From IMG/VR virus record IMGVR_UViG_3300029286_003693, positions 18,731 to 82,730 of that record: DNA of 64,000 nt; one strand, 5' to 3'. The DNA comes from a virus. The notes beneath the pieces were generated by a model. That model made no database searches. It worked only from the letters and a program-made list of their open reading frames with translations, and was not told the origin of the DNA. Positions within the stretch are counted from its first letter, which is position 1, and each line of letters opens with the position of its first letter. Below, one piece after another: positions 62,002 to 64,000 of the stretch. The position numbers and the translations under genes were made by a program.

Positions 62002-63046
62002 GGCTATTGCCAATGAGTACCTTGATACATCTCAACGGAAGCATGTAAAAGACGTTTATCTCCGGAAGGTTAATGTCTGCAAGCGGTTCAGGAAGACTCT
62101 CCCGGATGGCGACATCCCGATCGAGGAAATCACGCCCCGGCACATCCACGACTATCTGAAGACCCTCGAAAGCAATAGCCTCTACAACGAACATCGGCAT
62201 GAATTGTCCGCGCTATTCTCCTGGGCGAAAAAGATATACTCCGCACAGCTCCCCTTCCTGATAAACCCCTGCATCGGCATCGAGCCCATGACCCATGTGA
62301 CGAAAGAGAAGGAGATCCCGACCCAAAAAGAAATACTCCGAATGATCGCGGCGGCCAACCCAGGAGACGACCGGGACATTTTCCTGACCTGCCTCCATAC
62401 TCTCGGACGTATCGATGAGATCCTGCGGCTGCGATGGCATGAGGACATCAACTTTGAGAAACGATATGTCGTCCTCTGGACCCGGAAGCGCAAAGACGGT
62501 GCCTACCAACCTGACGTCCTGCCGATGAACGACGATCTATACGATGTCCTGAAGAAGCGATGGGATACCCGTAAACAGGATAAATGGGTGTTCTGGAATC
62601 AGACGGCTAATGAGGGGCAGGGCGACAGGTATAAAGGGCGGCCCAAAATGATGTGGACGATCTGTAAACGCGCCGGATGCCCCCCGATCGGTACGCGAAG
62701 GGTCAAGAGATCCCCGAAGCAGATACGAGCGTTCGAGAAAAAGAACAACCGTCCTATCCGTGAAGACGAAAGAATTATGACCATCCCTCAGTATTACGGG
62801 TTCCATTCAATCCGGCACTTCATGGCGTCGTACCTGATGGATGAAAAGAAAGCATCCCTGAAAACCGTCTCCGGGATGTTGAGGCACAAAAACGTCAGGA
62901 CGACCGAAATTTACCTCCATTCCGTAGACGCATCCGCCCTTGCTCTGTCGGCCCAAATTAAGGGCGATTTTACGTTAAAAATGATCGAACCGCAGCGACC
63001 AGCCGCAGCGCAAGACCTATCCAAAGAAAAAGGGGCTACGGTATGA
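61814..63046 (+). CDS. int: Tyrosine integrase
   Basis: GRIDE (R), FHSIRH (HxxR), LRH, TTEIY (Y); N-terminal arm-binding-like domain. Confidence 0.95.
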   Translation: MGIYKDKTTKTWQYRFEHEKRNYAGRGFTTRREAEAARVKRREEIRTQVPIPIPMSQTATGFKAIANEYLDTSQRKHVKDVYLRKVNVCKRFRKTLPDGDIPIEEITPRHIHDYLKTLESNSLYNEHRHELSALFSWAKKIYSAQLPFLINPCIGIEPMTHVTKEKEIPTQKEILRMIAAANPGDDRDIFLTCLHTLGRIDEILRLRWHEDINFEKRYVVLWTRKRKDGAYQPDVLPMNDDLYDVLKKRWDTRKQDKWVFWNQTANEGQGDRYKGRPKMMWTICKRAGCPPIGTRRVKRSPKQIRAFEKKNNRPIREDERIMTIPQYYGFHSIRHFMASYLMDEKKASLKTVSGMLRHKNVRTTEIYLHSVDASALALSAQIKGDFTLKMIEPQRPAAAQDLSKEKGATV

Positions 63047-63059
63047 CCCGTAACCCCCT
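63030..63059. terminator. Hairpin between the integrase stop and the tRNA 3' end
   Basis: AGGGGCTACGG/CCGTAACCCC stem; A tract on the left gives a U tract on the tRNA strand. Confidence 0.65.
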
Positions 63060-63067
63060 GATTTTCA

Positions 63068-63142
63068 TGGTAGGCGGTACTGGGATTGAACCAGTGACTT
63101 CTACCGTGTGAAGGTAGCACTCTCCCGCTGAGTTAACCGCCC
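63068..63142 (-). tRNA. Host tRNA-Val(CAC); probable prophage attachment site
   Basis: GGGCGGTTAACTCAGCGGGAGAGTGCTACCTT-CAC-ACGGTAG...TTCAATCC...ACCA; 3' end faces the integrase. Confidence 0.95.
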
Positions 63143-63190
63143 GGGCGTGCTATCCTATATCCTAAAGAAATCCCGTTTTCAAGCGAAAAA

Positions 63191-64000
63191 TCACCGCGTC
63201 CGCTGTTTCATCAGTTCCCCGTAATATTCGATCCTTCTGCTGCCGAAGGCGTCGTTGTACGGGTTGATCGCCTTGTTTCGCGCGAGGGTTGGGTCGATAT
63301 CGCCGCCGCCGATCTCCTCCGTCGCCTCCCCTCCCCGGCAGAGGATCGACCCGTCCGGACCCGTAATCTGACTTTTTCCCGTAAAGTGAAACGACTTTTC
63401 CCCCCGGGTTTCCGTCCCGGTCCGGTTGGCCGTGACGGCAAAAACGCGGTTTTCCAGGCACCGGGTGACCATCGCCTCCTGACAGTAAGGAAGGACGAGG
63501 TTCGCACAGTGGCAGATTACATCCGCGCCCTTGAGGGCCAGAATCCTCGCCGTTTCCGGGAAGATCCAGTCAAAGCATATCATGAGCCCCACGCGGCAGA
63601 TGCCGATGTCGTGGACGGCAGGTTCACGGTCCCCAGGATCGAACCAGAGGGTCTCCTCAAAAAAAAGATGGATCTTCCGGTACGTCGCAATATATCCGGC
63701 CGGACCGACCAGAACCGATGCATTGTAGCACTTGTCTCCGAATTTTTCGATCAAGCCGGCAACAACATACGCCCCTTTGGCCTTCGCCAGCCGGCAGAGA
63801 GACTCCGTGGTCTTTCCGAAAGGGATCTCTTCGGCAAGCGTCTCGATCTCCTGCCGCGAGGCAAAATGATAACCGGTATTGCACAACTCCGGAAGGACGA
63901 CCAGGTCCGCATCGGTTATGTCCACAAGCTTGCAGATTTTCAGGATGTTTTGCTCGATATCGCCGAGAACCGGCGTAAACTGAATGAATCCTGCCCTCAT
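63191..64000 (-). CDS. Carbon-nitrogen hydrolase (nitrilase superfamily), host gene
   Basis: LPEL, YRKIHL, ICFDW catalytic Glu-Lys-Cys triad. Confidence 0.93.
   Translation of the reverse strand: MRAGFIQFTPVLGDIEQNILKICKLVDITDADLVVLPELCNTGYHFASRQEIETLAEEIPFGKTTESLCRLAKAKGAYVVAGLIEKFGDKCYNASVLVGPAGYIATYRKIHLFFEETLWFDPGDREPAVHDIGICRVGLMICFDWIFPETARILALKGADVICHCANLVLPYCQEAMVTRCLENRVFAVTANRTGTETRGEKSFHFTGKSQITGPDGSILCRGGEATEEIGGGDIDPTLARNKAINPYNDAFGSRRIEYYGELMKQRTR

Larger units (their letters stand above)
1..63067. mobile_element. Integrated temperate prophage (podovirus-like: P22-type portal, N4-gp56-type capsid); left end outside window
   Basis: Integrase abutting a tRNA 3' end, CI/Cro switch, replication, terminase, portal, capsid and tail modules in canonical order; a host-type nitrilase-family gene lies just beyond the tRNA. 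Confidence 0.95.

Noticed and set aside
1-63067. Lysis cassette (holin/endolysin)
   Set aside because: None recognised; it may lie beyond the left window edge, so its absence is uninformative

Overview
Nearly the whole window (1-~63067) is a temperate podovirus-like prophage. It is integrated at the 3' end of a host tRNA-Val(CAC) at 63068-63142, next to a host carbon-nitrogen hydrolase gene; the other prophage end lies beyond position 1. Reading right to left it carries: tyrosine integrase and excisionase; a recombination module (split Rad50/SbcC-like ATPase, UvrD helicase); a phage tRNA-Ser; a CI/Cro switch with four visible operators; replication genes (replisome organizer, DnaC-like ATPase, NinG-like protein); terminase; two DNA methyltransferases; P22-like portal, scaffold and N4-gp56-type capsid; tail/fibre genes with an embedded glycosyltransferase and methyltransferase; ejection-type coiled-coil proteins; and a giant (>3,800 aa) DarB-like polyvalent gene that the ORF track omits because it runs off the window. 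The most striking signal is at 47619-51958: a stand-alone RAMP/Cas7-like gene and an accessory gene flanked by three strictly phased (GGY-NN)n non-coding arrays, a candidate non-CRISPR RNA-guided system. Its accessory gene is split by a 2.9 kb three-gene transposable element with a 5-bp target-site duplication. Other notable features are a two-copy covarying structured RNA in the late operon, a TnpV-like gene nested out of frame inside the giant gene, and repeated AGTGG(A/K)RGP linkers between modules of the polyvalent protein. All family assignments come from motifs recognised by eye; no searches were run.
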